DNA of 64,000 nt. Source: Eledone cirrhosa (Eukaryota). Numbering within the stretch: position 1 is the stretch's first letter; the number at the start of each line of letters is the position of its first letter. The notes below the pieces were generated by a model. The model ran no database searches, had not been told where the DNA came from, and saw only the letters and a list, made by a program, of their open reading frames with translations. Location of the stretch: contig OZ024742.1 in the NCBI GenBank assembly GCA_964016885.1, positions 1,054,001-1,118,000 on the forward strand. Reading direction: 5' to 3'. The translations under genes and the position numbers were made by a program. Of the stretch, positions 13,304-25,877 are shown one piece after another.

Positions 13304-13355
13304 TATATATATATATATGTATATATATGTATATATATATATATGTATATATATG

Positions 13356-13424
<69 letters not shown>

Positions 13425-13445
13425 CTATATATATGTATATATATA

Positions 13446-13520
<75 letters not shown>

Positions 13521-13541
13521 GTATATATATTTCTATATATA

Positions 13542-13574
<33 letters not shown>

Positions 13575-13579
13575 ATATG

Positions 13580-13612
<33 letters not shown>

Positions 13613-13623
13613 GTATATATATG

Positions 13624-13670
<47 letters not shown>

Positions 13671-13671
13671 G

Positions 13672-13750
<79 letters not shown>

Positions 13751-13775
13751 GTATATATATATGTATATATATATG

Positions 13776-13814
<39 letters not shown>

Positions 13815-13998
13815 GTATATATATATGTATATATATATGTATATATATATGTGTATATATATATATATATGTATATATATATGTATATATATATGTATAT
13901 ATATATGTATATATATATGTATATATGTATGTATATATATATATATGTATATATATATGTATATGTATATATATATGTATATATATATGTATATATGT
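13304..13998. repeat. Complex (TA)n tract between two tail-to-tail RTE ends
   Basis: Directly visible. Confidence 0.95.
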
Positions 13999-14220
13999 AT
14001 CATCATCATCGTCATCAGGTTTAGCATCCGTGTTCCACGCTTGCATGGGTTTGGACGGGGGTTTTCCCACTTGAGGCAAGAGTGGTTGTCTTGCTCGCAT
14101 AGGACAGTCTGGCGGGTTTTCTACAGTTGGATGCCCTTCCTAACACCAACCACATTTACAGTGTGGGGCTGGGAGGTTTTTACCGTGTTGCCTACACGGC
14201 CACATTACAGCGTGGACTGT
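13999..14220 (-). mobile_element. RTE subfamily A variant, 3' UTR fragment
   Basis: A (GAT)n tail plus ~200 bp of A-type 3' UTR. Confidence 0.85.
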
Positions 14221-14491
14221 CTGGCGTCTATGTATATATATATGTATATATATATATATACATATATATATACATATGTATATATGTATATATATATATA
14301 TGTATATATATATGTATATATAATATATAAGAACAAAAGATGGTTAAAAGAGTTCCATGTATTTTATTATGCGCATTTCAAAAACAAATATCATCATGCA
14401 ATAATATTTGTGTTTTCATCAGATAAAACAGGAGGACATGATATGAAGGTTAAAAAACACTTGTGGATAGTTCAGTTTTAAATCAACATAT

Positions 14492-17400
14492 ATCATCATC
14501 ATCATCATCACCGTTTTACGTCCGTTCTTCCACTCTAGCATGGGTTAGACGGGTTGTCCTGTTGTGGGCAGTGTCTGGTCGGCTGACCATGCCTTGCTCA
14601 TACAGGAACTGATCTGGCTTGATTTCTACAGCTGGATGCCCTTCCTAACACCAACCTCATTTACAGTGAGTGCTGGGTGCTTTTTCGTGGCGCCTACACG
14701 TCCACTTTACAGTGTGGGCTGGGTGCTTTTTTGCCGTGGGGGGGGGGGGGGGGCATATTGTTTATATGCTTCAGCATGTACCCATGGGAGGTCGGGTACC
14801 CTGTATTACTGCGTGACGCCAGAAGTCACGGTCGTGTGTCATTGACTTTGAGAGGTGTAGTTGGGTAAGGTCGGCTTTTATCACCTCATCCCAAGTCATC
14901 TTGGGTCTCCCCACTCCGCGGTTTCCATCAACTTCTAGTGCTCTGCACCTTTTTATGCAGCTGTCATCCTTCATACGCATTACATGTCCATACCAGCGTA
15001 ACCGCCTCTCCTGCACGCAGCATTTGATTCCTCTTATGCTCAGTCTCTCTCTCAATTCCTTTATGCTTTGTCGTTCACGTATATTACTGTTACACATCCA
15101 TCGGAGCATGCAGGCTTCGTTTCTCTCTAATCTACGTAAGTCTTCCACCTTCAGCGCCCAGGTCTCACTACCATGCAACATCGCTGTTCGGATACACGCA
15201 TCATACAGTCTGCCTTTCATTCTGAGGGAGAAGCCTTTTGCAGCTAGCAGTGGTAGTAGTTCCCTAAACTTCTTCCATCCCGTTCTTACCCTAGTTATTG
15301 TACTTTCTGAGCACCCACCTCCGTTGCTAATTCGGTCACCTAGGTAGCAGAAGCTGTCTACTGTTTCTACAGGGCCCTCCCAGAGATTGGTGGTACTTGT
15401 TTCCTGTGGCTGTTTGCTTGCTGTTTCAGCACAGCTGCTGCATGTGAATCCTACATTCTTAATTAAGCTTCCTGAGATCCCGCTACATCTCTTGTGTACC
15501 CATTGTTTGCATTTGGGGCAGAGAATGGAGTTCCTACCTACACCTTTCCTACATACTGAGCAAGGCCATTTCCCTGAGGGGATCTGGGTTCTGTTTTCTC
15601 GTCTACTTATAAGGACCTTAGTCTTTGTCATGTTGACTTTGAGGCCCTTTCTCTCTAGTCCCTGCTTCCAGGTTTGGAATTTATTCTCTAGTTCTACCAT
15701 AGATTCAGCTATGAGTGCGAGGTCATCAGCATACAGGAGTTCCCATGGGCATCCGGTCTTAAACTCCTCCGTTATTGCCTGCAGGACTATGATGAACAGG
15801 AGAGGGCTAAGAACAGAGCCCTGGTGGACCCCAACCTGTACGCTAAATTCCTCGCTATACTCATTACCAATCCTAACTTTGCTGACTGCTCCCCTATACA
15901 TGGCTTGTACCGCTTTCACAAGCCATTCATCTACTCCTAGTTTTCTAAGAGCCCACCAGATTACTGCACGTGGAACTCTGTCAAAGGCTTTCTCAAGGTC
16001 GACAAATGCCAAGTAGAGTGGCTTACTTTTAGCTAGGTACTTTTCCTGTAATTGCCTCACAAGGAAGAGGGCATCAGTGGTGCCTTTCCCTGGTACAAAC
16101 CCAAATTGCATCTCGTCTATATTCACCCGGTCCCTAATCAGCTGTGCTATAACTCTTTCTGTTACTTTCATGACCTGGTCCATCAACTTTATACCTCTAT
16201 AGTTTCCTCTATCTAGTGCATCGCCTTTACCTTTGTAGCAGTTGACAATGATGCTACTGCACCAATCTTTTGGTATGGCCCCCTCTAGTATTACCTGGTT
16301 AACGATACATGTGGTTATAGTGTGACCTACAGACCCAGATGCCTTCAGCATCTCGGCAGCTATACCCGATGGACCGGTTGCCTTCCCTATCTTCATATAT
16401 CTGATTGCCTTACTTACTACGCTGCCGCTGACTTGTACTGCTGGTCCCTCTATAGGGTCTACGTGGGGTAAGGTCTCTTCTTCCCATGCATTCTCCTCAT
16501 TTAGTAATCTATCATAATGACTCTTCCATGCATCTTTCTTCTCAGCACTTGTGAGGGCAAGCTCACCTTTATCATTCCGGATACACTTCTCTCCAATGAC
16601 ATCACAACTATCTCTGACACACTGCCTCGCAATCTTGAATACCTCCTGTTTCTGGTCCTCACGTTGTAAAACATGCTTGAATTTTCTATCCTCTGCTTCC
16701 CTCCTAGCTAAGTATACTTGTCGCCTAGCTTCCCTCTTGGTCTCTATGTAATGTACCCTGCTCCCCCCGTTCTTCCATTCTTTCCATGCCTGTCTCTTGG
16801 CCTTGACTGCTTCATCTACCTTATTGTTCCACCACCAAGTCACTCTCCTCCTGCTTGAGGTCTTACGACAGCCACAAACCTCATCCGTCGCCTCTAGTAA
16901 GTTATTTTTTAGGAACTCCCAGTTCTCTTCTACGTTAAATGTCTCTATCTGTTCTTCTTTACTGTCGTAGGCGTTGAGTAAAATATCTTTAAATCTGTTA
17001 CTGGTTGAGGGGACTTTCAGCTTCCAGATCTTTCTTCTCCAGGTTGGCCTCTGTTTCAGGGCTCGTCTAGTTCTGACCGTGAGGTCGCTGACAACTAAGC
17101 TATGTTGGGATGTACATTCCTCACTAGGGAAGGCTTTTGTGTTTACGACCGTCCATCTGTCACGTCCTCTGATGAGGATAAAATCTAACTGACTAGAGTG
17201 CTCCCCTGATCTATAGGTGATCAGGTGGTTGTCGGGTTTTTTAAAGTTTGTGTTACATATCGACATGTCATTGGCGTCGCAGAATTCTAGAAGTCTGAAT
17301 CCTTCCTCATTCCTTGTGCCAACTCCATGGCCTCCATGTACTCTATTGAAGCCATCGCAGTGTTTACCTACGTGTCCGTTAAAATCTCCTGCAATGATTA

Positions 17401-17494
17401 GGAAGTCCTTGTCGTCTGTTAGAGCAGTAGTGTGTATTAGGGACTCGTAAAACCTATCCTTAAGTTCGTCTGGCAGCCCCGATTGGGGTGCATA
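14492..17494 (-). mobile_element. RTE LINE subfamily B, longest copy (~3 kb), 5'-truncated within the endonuclease
   Basis: An open frame with APE motifs and RT, a (GAT)n tail, and a 5' end in (TA)n. Confidence 0.95.
14771..17494 (-). CDS. RTE ORF: APE endonuclease (partial) + RT + PHD finger
   Basis: [38 protein letters not shown] and C4HC3. The N-terminal residues in the ORF track are translated microsatellite. Confidence 0.9.
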   Translation of the reverse strand, partial: YAPQSGLPDELKDRFYESLIHTTALTDDKDFLIIAGDFNGHVGKHCDGFNRVHGGHGVGTRNEEGFRLLEFCDANDMSICNTNFKKPDNHLITYRSGEHSSQLDFILIRGRDRWTVVNTKAFPSEECTSQHSLVVSDLTVRTRRALKQRPTWRRKIWKLKVPSTSNRFKDILLNAYDSKEEQIETFNVEENWEFLKNNLLEATDEVCGCRKTSSRRRVTWWWNNKVDEAVKAKRQAWKEWKNGGSRVHYIETKREARRQVYLARREAEDRKFKHVLQREDQKQEVFKIARQCVRDSCDVIGEKCIRNDKGELALTSAEKKDAWKSHYDRLLNEENAWEEETLPHVDPIEGPAVQVSGSVVSKAIRYMKIGKATGPSGIAAEMLKASGSVGHTITTCIVNQVILEGAIPKDWCSSIIVNCYKGKGDALDRGNYRGIKLMDQVMKVTERVIAQLIRDRVNIDEMQFGFVPGKGTTDALFLVRQLQEKYLAKSKPLYLAFVDLEKAFDRVPRAVIWWALRKLGVDEWLVKAVQAMYRGAVSKVRIGNEYSEEFSVQVGVHQGSVLSPLLFIIVLQAITEEFKTGCPWELLYADDLALIAESMVELENKFQTWKQGLERKGLKVNMTKTKVLISRRENRTQIPSGKWPCSVCRKGVGRNSILCPKCKQWVHKRCSGISGSLIKNVGFTCSSCAETASKQPQETSTTNLWEGPVETVDSFCYLGDRISNGGGCSESTITRVRTGWKKFRELLPLLAAKGFSLRMKGRLYDACIRTAMLHGSETWALKVEDLRRLERNEACMLRWMCNSNIRERQSIKELRERLSIRGIKCCVQERRLRWYGHVMRMKDDSCIKRCRALEVDGNRGVGRPKMTWDEVIKADLTQLHLSKSMTHDRDFWRHAVIQGTRPPMGTC

Positions 17495-17568
17495 ATATAT
17501 GTATATATATGTATATATATATGTATATGTATATATATATATGTATATATATATATGTATATGTATAT

Positions 17569-17602
<34 letters not shown>

Positions 17603-17654
17603 ATGTATATGTATATATGTATATATACATATGTGTATATATACATATGTATAT

Positions 17655-17963
17655 ATCATCATCATCATCATCACCGTTTTACGTCCGTTCTTCCACGCTA
17701 GCATGGGTTAGACGGGTTGTCCTGTTGTGGGCAGTGTCTGGTCGGCTGACCATGCCTTGCTCATACAGGAACTGATCTGGCTTGATTTCTACAGCTGGAT
17801 GCCCTTCCTAACACCAACCTCATTTACAGTGAGTGCTGGGTGCTTTTTCGTGGCGCCTACACGTCCACTTTACAGTGTGGGCTGGGTGCTTTTTTGCCGT
17901 GGCACCTCCACGACCACCTTGCGGTGGGGGGGGGGGGGGCATATTGTTTATATGCTTCAGCAT
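17655..17963 (-). mobile_element. RTE subfamily B, 3' UTR fragment
   Basis: Near-identical to the B 3' UTR, with (TA)n flanks. Confidence 0.9.
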
Positions 17964-18122
17964 ATGTATATGTATATATATACATATGTATATATATACA
18001 TATGTATATATGTATATATATACATATGTATATATGTATATATATACATATGTATATATGTATATATATACATATGTATATATGTATATATATACATATG
18101 TATATATATATATGTATATATG

Positions 18123-19955
18123 TCATCATCATCATCATCATCAACGTTTAACGTCCGTGTTCCACGCTTGCATGGGTTTGGACGGGGGTAGTCCCACTTG
18201 AGGCAAGAGTGATTGTCTTGCTCGCATAGGACTGTCTGGCAGGATTTCTACAGTTGTATGCCCTTCCTAACACCAACCACATTTACAGTGTGGGTCTGGG
18301 AGGTTTTTACCGTGTTGCCTACACGGCCACATTACAGCGTGGACTGTGTGTTTTTTTGTCGTGACACCTACACGATCTCATTTGATTCGGCCTCGATGGC
18401 GCGGTGCCAACATAACTTTACATAGAACGGGGTGGTGTGGATCGGGTGGGGGTGGTGGTGGTGGGACGGGGTGTATTTTGTTAGAGATGCCTACTGGCTG
18501 TAGTAGGTTTTACTATGTATTTAAGTAAGGCGGGTCTTCTCTGTTACTGAGTACCGCCAAAGGTCTCGGTCCAGTGACATTGTCTTGGAGAGGTGTAAGT
18601 GTGTGAGGTCGGAGTTTATCAGCTCGTCCCAGGTTTTTCTAGGTCTGCCTATTCCGTGGCTACCGTCTATCTTTATTGCCCTGCACTTTGTTATACAGCT
18701 ATCGACTTTCATGCGCATCACGTGTCCATACCAACGTAGCCTTCTCTCGAGTAAACAACATCTGATCCCTCTTATTTCTTTTTTCCTTAGTTCGTTTATG
18801 CTTTGCCGTTCACGTATATTACTGTTACACATCCAGCGGAGCATGCAAGCTTCGTTCCTCTCTAGTCTGCGTATATCCTCTGCACACAATGCCCAGGTCT
18901 CACTGCCATGCAACATTGCTGTTCGTATGCAGGCATCGTACAACCTGCCTTTCATTTTTAGGGAGAACCCTTTAGCAGCTAATAGTGGTATAAGCTCTCT
19001 GAACTTTTTCCAACCAGTTCTGACTCTAGCTACTGTACTTTCAGAGCACCCTCCCCCACTGCTGATTTTATCGCCCAGGTAACGGAAGCTGTCCACTATT
19101 TCTATAGAACCCTCTGCGCAATTGAAAGAGCTAGTATTCTGTGGGCACTTGCTGCTACTTATTGCACCAGAGCACTGGCCACATTTAAAATCTATGTTCT
19201 TAGTTAGCTTACCTGTGATCCCACTACATCTTTTATGCACCCATACTTTGCATTTAGGACATAAAATGGAGTTTCTACCTACGCCTTTCCTACACACTGA
19301 GCATGACCATTTCCCAGAAGGGACCGCCGCCTTATTTTCTTTCCTACAAACTAGAAATTTAGTCTTAGCCAGGTTAATTTTAAGTCCTTTTGATTCTAGG
19401 CCGTGCTTCCATGTTTGGAATTTCTTCTCTAGCTCGGCCATTGATTCAGCTATGAGTGTCAGGTCGTCTGCGTATAGGAGTTCCCATGGGCAGCCGGTCT
19501 TGAACTCCTCTGTTATAGCCTGAAGGGCAATAATAAATAGTAGGGGGCTGAGAACAGAGCCCTGATGGACGCCAACTTTTACGCTAAACTCTTCACTATA
19601 TTCGTTGTTAATTCTAACCTTGCTGACTGTTTCTTTATACATGGCTTGTATAGCTCTCACAAGCCATTCGTTAACACCTAGTTTTCTAAGAGCCCACCAG
19701 ATAATGGAGCGGGGGACTCTGTCGAAGGCTTTCTCCACGTCGACAAAAGCTAAGTAGAGGGGTTTACCTTTAGCTAGGTACTTCTCCTGTAGTTGTCGTA
19801 CAATGAAAAGTGTGTCTGTGGTACTTTTGCCCGACACAAACCCAAACTGCATTTCATCTAGGTCAATTCTCTCTCTGATTAGTTGCGCTATTACTTTTTC
19901 CGTGACCTTCATGACCTGGTCGATTAATTTAATGCCTCTATAGTTACTCCTATCT
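18123..19955 (-). mobile_element. RTE subfamily A, 5'-truncated (RT, 18521-19955)
   Basis: RT motifs with YADD. The 5' end is fused to a PLE hairpin. Confidence 0.95.
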
Positions 19956-20264
19956 GTGCCTTTCCTTTCTTCTATCCTACGCCATTTTGTTTGTGTGACA
20001 CACAAACAAAATGGCGTAGGATAGAAGAAAGGAAAGGCACAGAAACGAAGAAAGAAATCCCCAGTCACTGAAGAGGTCACAGAGTGTGTGACGAAAGAAC
20101 TATGACTATATATATATAAACAACTATCTGGTTGTGGAACCAACCAACCAACCAGAAATTTATAAATTTGTAAATTTATAAATATATATTAAATTAAATT
20201 GAAGTGAAAGCAACTGGTGCGTGTGTTTCTTATTGGCAACATGACCCTCCCAAAGTATAACAAT
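19953..20264 (+). mobile_element. PLE pseudo-LTR with a 45-bp 5' fold-back
   Basis: A perfect palindrome at 19953-20043 centred on 19998, then an HHR. The terminus ATGACCCTCCCAAAGTATAACAAT is shared with the element at 3631-5230. Confidence 0.8.
20063..20107 (+). ncRNA. Minimal type I hammerhead ribozyme
   Basis: AGTCA-CTGAAGA-G-GTCAC agagtgt GTGAC-GAAA-G aa C-TA-TGACT. Confidence 0.8.
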
Positions 20265-21064
<800 letters not shown>

Positions 21065-23182
21065 CTAAATGAGGAGAATAATTGGGAGAAAGGCAGTCTC
21101 CCCCATATCGACCCAATAGAGGGACCAGCAGTGTTAGTCGAGGGGAGTATAATAAGTAAGGCAATCAAGGATATGAAGACTGGTAAGGCGGCTGGGCCTT
21201 CGGAAATAGTTGCTGAGATGCTGAAGGCATCTGGCACGGTGGGACACACCATGGTCACCCGCATAGTTAACCAAGTCGTACAAAACGGGGTTGTTCCGAA
21301 GGACTGGCATAGCAGCATCATCGTTAACTGTTATAAGGGTAAAGGAGACGCCCTAGATAGGAGTAACTATAGAGGCATTAAATTAATCGACCAGGTCATG
21401 AAGGTCACGGAAAGAGTAATAGCGCAACTAATCAGAGAGAGAATTGACCTAGATGAAATGCAGTTCGGGTTTGTGTCAGGCAAAAGTACCACAGACGCTC
21501 TTTTCATAGTACGACAACTACAAGAGAAGTACCTAGCTAAAGGTAAACCCCTCTACTTAGCTTTTGTCGACTTGGAGAAAGCCTTCGACAGAGTCCCCCG
21601 CTCCATTATCTGGTGGGCTCTTAGAAAACTGGGCGTTGACGAATGGCTTGTGAGGGCTATACAAGCCATGTATAAAGAAACAGTCAGCAAGGTTAGAATT
21701 AACAACGAATATAGTGAAGAGTTTAGCGTAAAAGTCGGCGTCCATCAGGGCTCTGTTCTCAGTCCACTACTATTTATTATTGCCCTTCAGGCCATAACAG
21801 AGGAGTTCAAGACAGGCTGCCCATGGGAACTCCTATACGCAGACGACCTGACACTCATAGCGGAATCAATGGCCGAGCTAGAGAAGAAATTCCAAACATG
21901 GAAGCACGGCCTAGAGTCAAAAGGACTTAAAATTAACCTGGCTAAGACCAAAGTACTAGTTTGTAGGAAAGAAAACAAGGCGGCGGTCCCTTCTGGGAAA
22001 TGGTCGTGCTCGGTGTGTAGGAAAGGCGTAGGTAGAAACTCCATTTTATGTCCTAAATGCAAAGTATGGGTGCATAAAAGATGTAGTGGGATCACAGGTA
22101 GGCTAACTAAGAACATAGATTTTACATGTGGCCGGTGCTCTGGTGCAATAAGTAGCAGCAAGTGCCCACAAACTACTAGCTCTTTCAATTGCGCAGAGGG
22201 TTCTATAGAAATAGTGGACAGCTTCCGTTACCTGGGCGATAAAATCAGCAGTGGGGGAGGGTGCTCTGAAAGTACTGTAGCTAGAGTCAGAACTGGTTGG
22301 AAAAAGTTCAGAGAGCTTATACCACTATTAGCTGCTAAAGGGTTCTCACTAAAAATGAAAGGCAGGTTGTACGATGCCTGCATACGAACAGCAATGCTGC
22401 ATGGCAGTGAGACCTGGGCATTGTGTGCAGAGGATATACGCAGACTAGAGAGGAACGAAGCTTGCATGCTCCGCTGGATGTGTAACAGTAATATACGTGA
22501 ACGGCAAAGCATAAACGAACTAAGGAATAAATTAGAGATAAGAGGGATCAGATGTTGTTTACTCGAGAGAAGGCTACGTTGGTATGGACACGTGATGCGC
22601 ATGAAAGTCGATAGCTGTATAACAAAGTGCAGGGCAATAAAGATAGACGGTAGTCACGGAATAGGCAGACCTAGAAAAACCTGGGACGAGCTGATAAACT
22701 CCGACATCACACACTTACACCTCTCCAAGACAATGTCACTGGACCGAGACCTTTGGCGGTACTCAGTAACAGAGAAGACCCGCCTTACCTAAATATATAG
22801 TAAAACCTACTCCAGCCAGTAGGCATCTCTAACAAATACACCCCGTCCCACCACCCCCACCCCATCCACACCACCCCGTTCTATGTAAAGTTATGTTGGT
22901 GCCGCGCCATCGAGGCCGAAACAAATGAGATCGTGTAGGTGTCACGACAAAAAAACACACAGTCCACGCTGTAATGTGGCCGTGTAGGCAACACGGTAAA
23001 AACCTCCCAGACCCACACTGTAAATGTGGTTGGTGTTAGGAAGGGCATCCAACTGTAGAAAACCTGCCAGACAGTCCTATGCGAGCAAGACAATCACTCT
23101 TGCCTCAAGTGGGACTACCCCCGTCCAAACCCATGCAAGCGTGGAACACGGACGTTAAACGTTGATGATGATGATGATGATG

Positions 23183-23184
<2 letters not shown>
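21065..23184 (+). mobile_element. RTE subfamily A, 5'-truncated, open RT frame to 22792
   Basis: RT motifs, PHD finger, (GAT)n tail and (TA)n flanks. Confidence 0.95.
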
Positions 23185-23273
<89 letters not shown>

Positions 23274-23310
23274 CATGTGAGAAAAACCACAGACCCTCCA
23301 TCTCAACTCA

Positions 23311-23348
23311 CCTTTTGAAAAGCAGAAGAACTGCGAAACCGGTAAAGG
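23311..23348 (+). ncRNA. Minimal hammerhead, U3-A8 core variant
   Basis: CCTT-TTGAAAA-GCAG aagaa CTGC-GAAA-CCGG-TA-AAGG, then AATAAA. It lies in a ~200-bp island between TA tracts. Confidence 0.7.
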
Positions 23349-23484
23349 AACCAAATAAATATATATATTTTTAAAAAAATAAGACTTCAGTTGCATTTTC
23401 GATTTCATCCCTTTTTCTTTATACTTCCACTCGTGTAGGACACCTCGGTTATTTTTCATTTTGTAAAAAAAACCTCACTTTCTA

Positions 23485-23501
23485 ATATATATATACATAT
23501 A

Positions 23502-23533
<32 letters not shown>

Positions 23534-23534
23534 C

Positions 23535-23567
<33 letters not shown>

Positions 23568-23826
23568 CATACATACATATATATATATATATACATACAT
23601 ACATATATATATACATACATACATATATATATATATATACATACATACATATATATATACATACATACATATATATATATATATACATACATACATATAT
23701 ATATACATACATACATATATATATATATATACATACATACATATATATACATACATACATATATATATACATACATACATATATATATATATATACATAC
23801 ATACATACATATATATATATATATAC

Positions 23827-23898
<72 letters not shown>
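23485..23898. repeat. (TA)n/(TACA)n tract
   Basis: Directly visible. Confidence 0.95.
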
Positions 23899-23900
<2 letters not shown>

Positions 23901-24059
23901 TATTTACGTATCGAGAAAGAGAAAAAAACGGGAGGATAGGTGATACATATAGTTATTTGCCAAGTAGCGTATGCCAAAGGTGCTCGATACTAGTGCCGGC
24001 AGTATTAAATATTCGAAGTGTTAATATTTAGTGGGCTAGAGAGTTAGCAGAGCGTAAGC

Positions 24060-24270
24060 ACGTGGGAAAGTAAAAATTCGGAGAATAGACCGTTAAAACA
24101 TGTTTATTTAAAACAGCAAATGTTCCTTATATTGCTCGGAAAGAGCAATATAAGGAACACTTGTGATTATTTATGCCCTTGAGAAGCCCAACTGGGTGAA
24201 ACGTACGTAGGTGCTGTTTTAAATAAACATGTTTTAACGGTCTATTCTCCGATTTTTTACTTTCCCACGT
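24060..24270 (+). mobile_element. Palindromic PLE pseudo-LTR remnant with nested hairpin
   Basis: 59-bp inverted arms at 24060-24118 and 24212-24270, an inner 17-bp hairpin at 24121-24159, and an HHR. Confidence 0.7.
24175..24214 (+). ncRNA. Minimal hammerhead, U3-A8 core variant
   Basis: GCCC-TTGAGAA-GCCC aact GGGT-GAAA-CGTACG-TA-GG(t)GC, then AATAAA. Confidence 0.65.
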
Positions 24271-24282
24271 ATATATATATAT

Positions 24283-25547
24283 AAACATGGAAGCATGGCC
24301 TAGAATCAAAAGGCCTTAAAATTAACCTGTCTAAGACTAAAGTTCTAGTTTGTAGGAAGGAAAATAGGGCGCCGGTCCCATCCGGGAAATGGCCATGCTC
24401 AGTGTGTAGGAAAGGGGTAGGTAGAAACTCCATTTTATGTCCAAATGCAAAGTATGGGTGCATAAAAGATGTAGTGGGATCACAGGTAAGCTAACTAAGA
24501 ACATAGATTTTATATGTGGCCGGTGCTCTGGTGCAATAAGTAGCAGCAAGTGCCCACAGAATACTAGCTCTTTCAATTGCACAGATGGTTCTATAGAAAT
24601 AGTGGACAGCTTCTGTTACCTGGGTGACAAAATCAGGGTGCTCTGAAAGTACAGTAGCTAGAGTCAGAACTGGATGGAAAAAGATCAGAGAGCTTATACC
24701 ACTATTAGCCGCTAAAGGGTTCTCCCTAAAAATGAAAGGCAGGCTGTATGATGCCTGCATACGAACAGCAATGTTGCATGGCAGTGAGACCTGGGCATTG
24801 TGTGCAGAGGATATACGCAGACTAGAGAGGAACGAAGCTTGCATGCTCCGCTGGATGTGTAATAGTAATATACGTGAACGGCAAAGCATAAATGAACTAA
24901 GGGAAAAATTAGAAATAAGAGGGATCAGATGTTGTTTACTCGAGAGAAGGCTATGTTGGTATGGTCACGTGATGCGCATGAAAGACGACAGCTGTATAAC
25001 AAAGTGCAGGGCAGTAAAAATAGACGGTAGCCACGGAGTAGGCAGATCCAGAAAAACCTGGGACGACTTGATAAATTCCGACCTCACACACTTACACCTC
25101 TCCAAGACAATGTCACTGGACCGAGATCTTTGGCGCTACACAGTAATAGAGAAGACCCGCCTTACCTAAGTGCAAAATGAAACCTACTACAGTCAGTAGG
25201 CACCTCTAACAAAATACACCCCCGTCCCACTACCCCCACCCCATCCAGACCCTTTCAATGTAAAGTTATGTTGGTACCACAAATCCAGCCCGAAACAAAC
25301 GAGGTCATGTAGGTGTCACGACAAAAAAACACACAGTCCACGCTGTAATGTGGCCGTGTAGGTAACACGGTAAAAACCTCCCAGTTCCACACTGTAAATG
25401 TGGTTGGTGTTAGGAAGGACATCCAGCCGTAGAAAACCCGCCAGACAGTCCTGTGCGAGCAAGACAACCACTCTTGCCTCAAGTGGGAAAACTCCCGTCC
25501 AAACCCATGCGAGCGTGGAATATGGACATTAAACGATGATGATGATG

Positions 25548-25549
<2 letters not shown>
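24283..25549 (+). mobile_element. RTE subfamily A variant, truncated and frameshifted
   Basis: RT C-terminal part with frameshifts at ~24441 and ~24636, and a (GAT)n tail. Confidence 0.9.
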
Positions 25550-25579
<30 letters not shown>

Positions 25580-25819
25580 GTAAGTATATTCTTTCTTTCT
25601 TTCTTTTTTTTTTCTTGTGGCATGATATTAACGCTGACTTATGTTCCTATCCCTTTCTGTTTTCTTTTATTTGACCAGTAGTAAGTTGACCTGTAAGCTT
25701 TGGCCACGTCACTTGAGGGCGACCGGCAAAGGTGGAAGATGCTGGATGGCGGTCGTCCTCAGGTCTTTGATTTTCAGCCCCATGGATTTTATCTATTACA
25801 TTCACTTATTATATTTCGA

Positions 25820-25877
25820 ATACCTGATGATATCACCGGATTCATACGGAACCCGGTCATTGAAATGATCATAGTAT
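25820..25877 (+). ncRNA. Type I hammerhead ribozyme
   Basis: ATAC-CTGATGA-tatcACCGG...CCGGTcatt-GAAA-TGATCA-TA-GTAT, then AATAAA. The base of stem II is imperfect. Confidence 0.7.
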
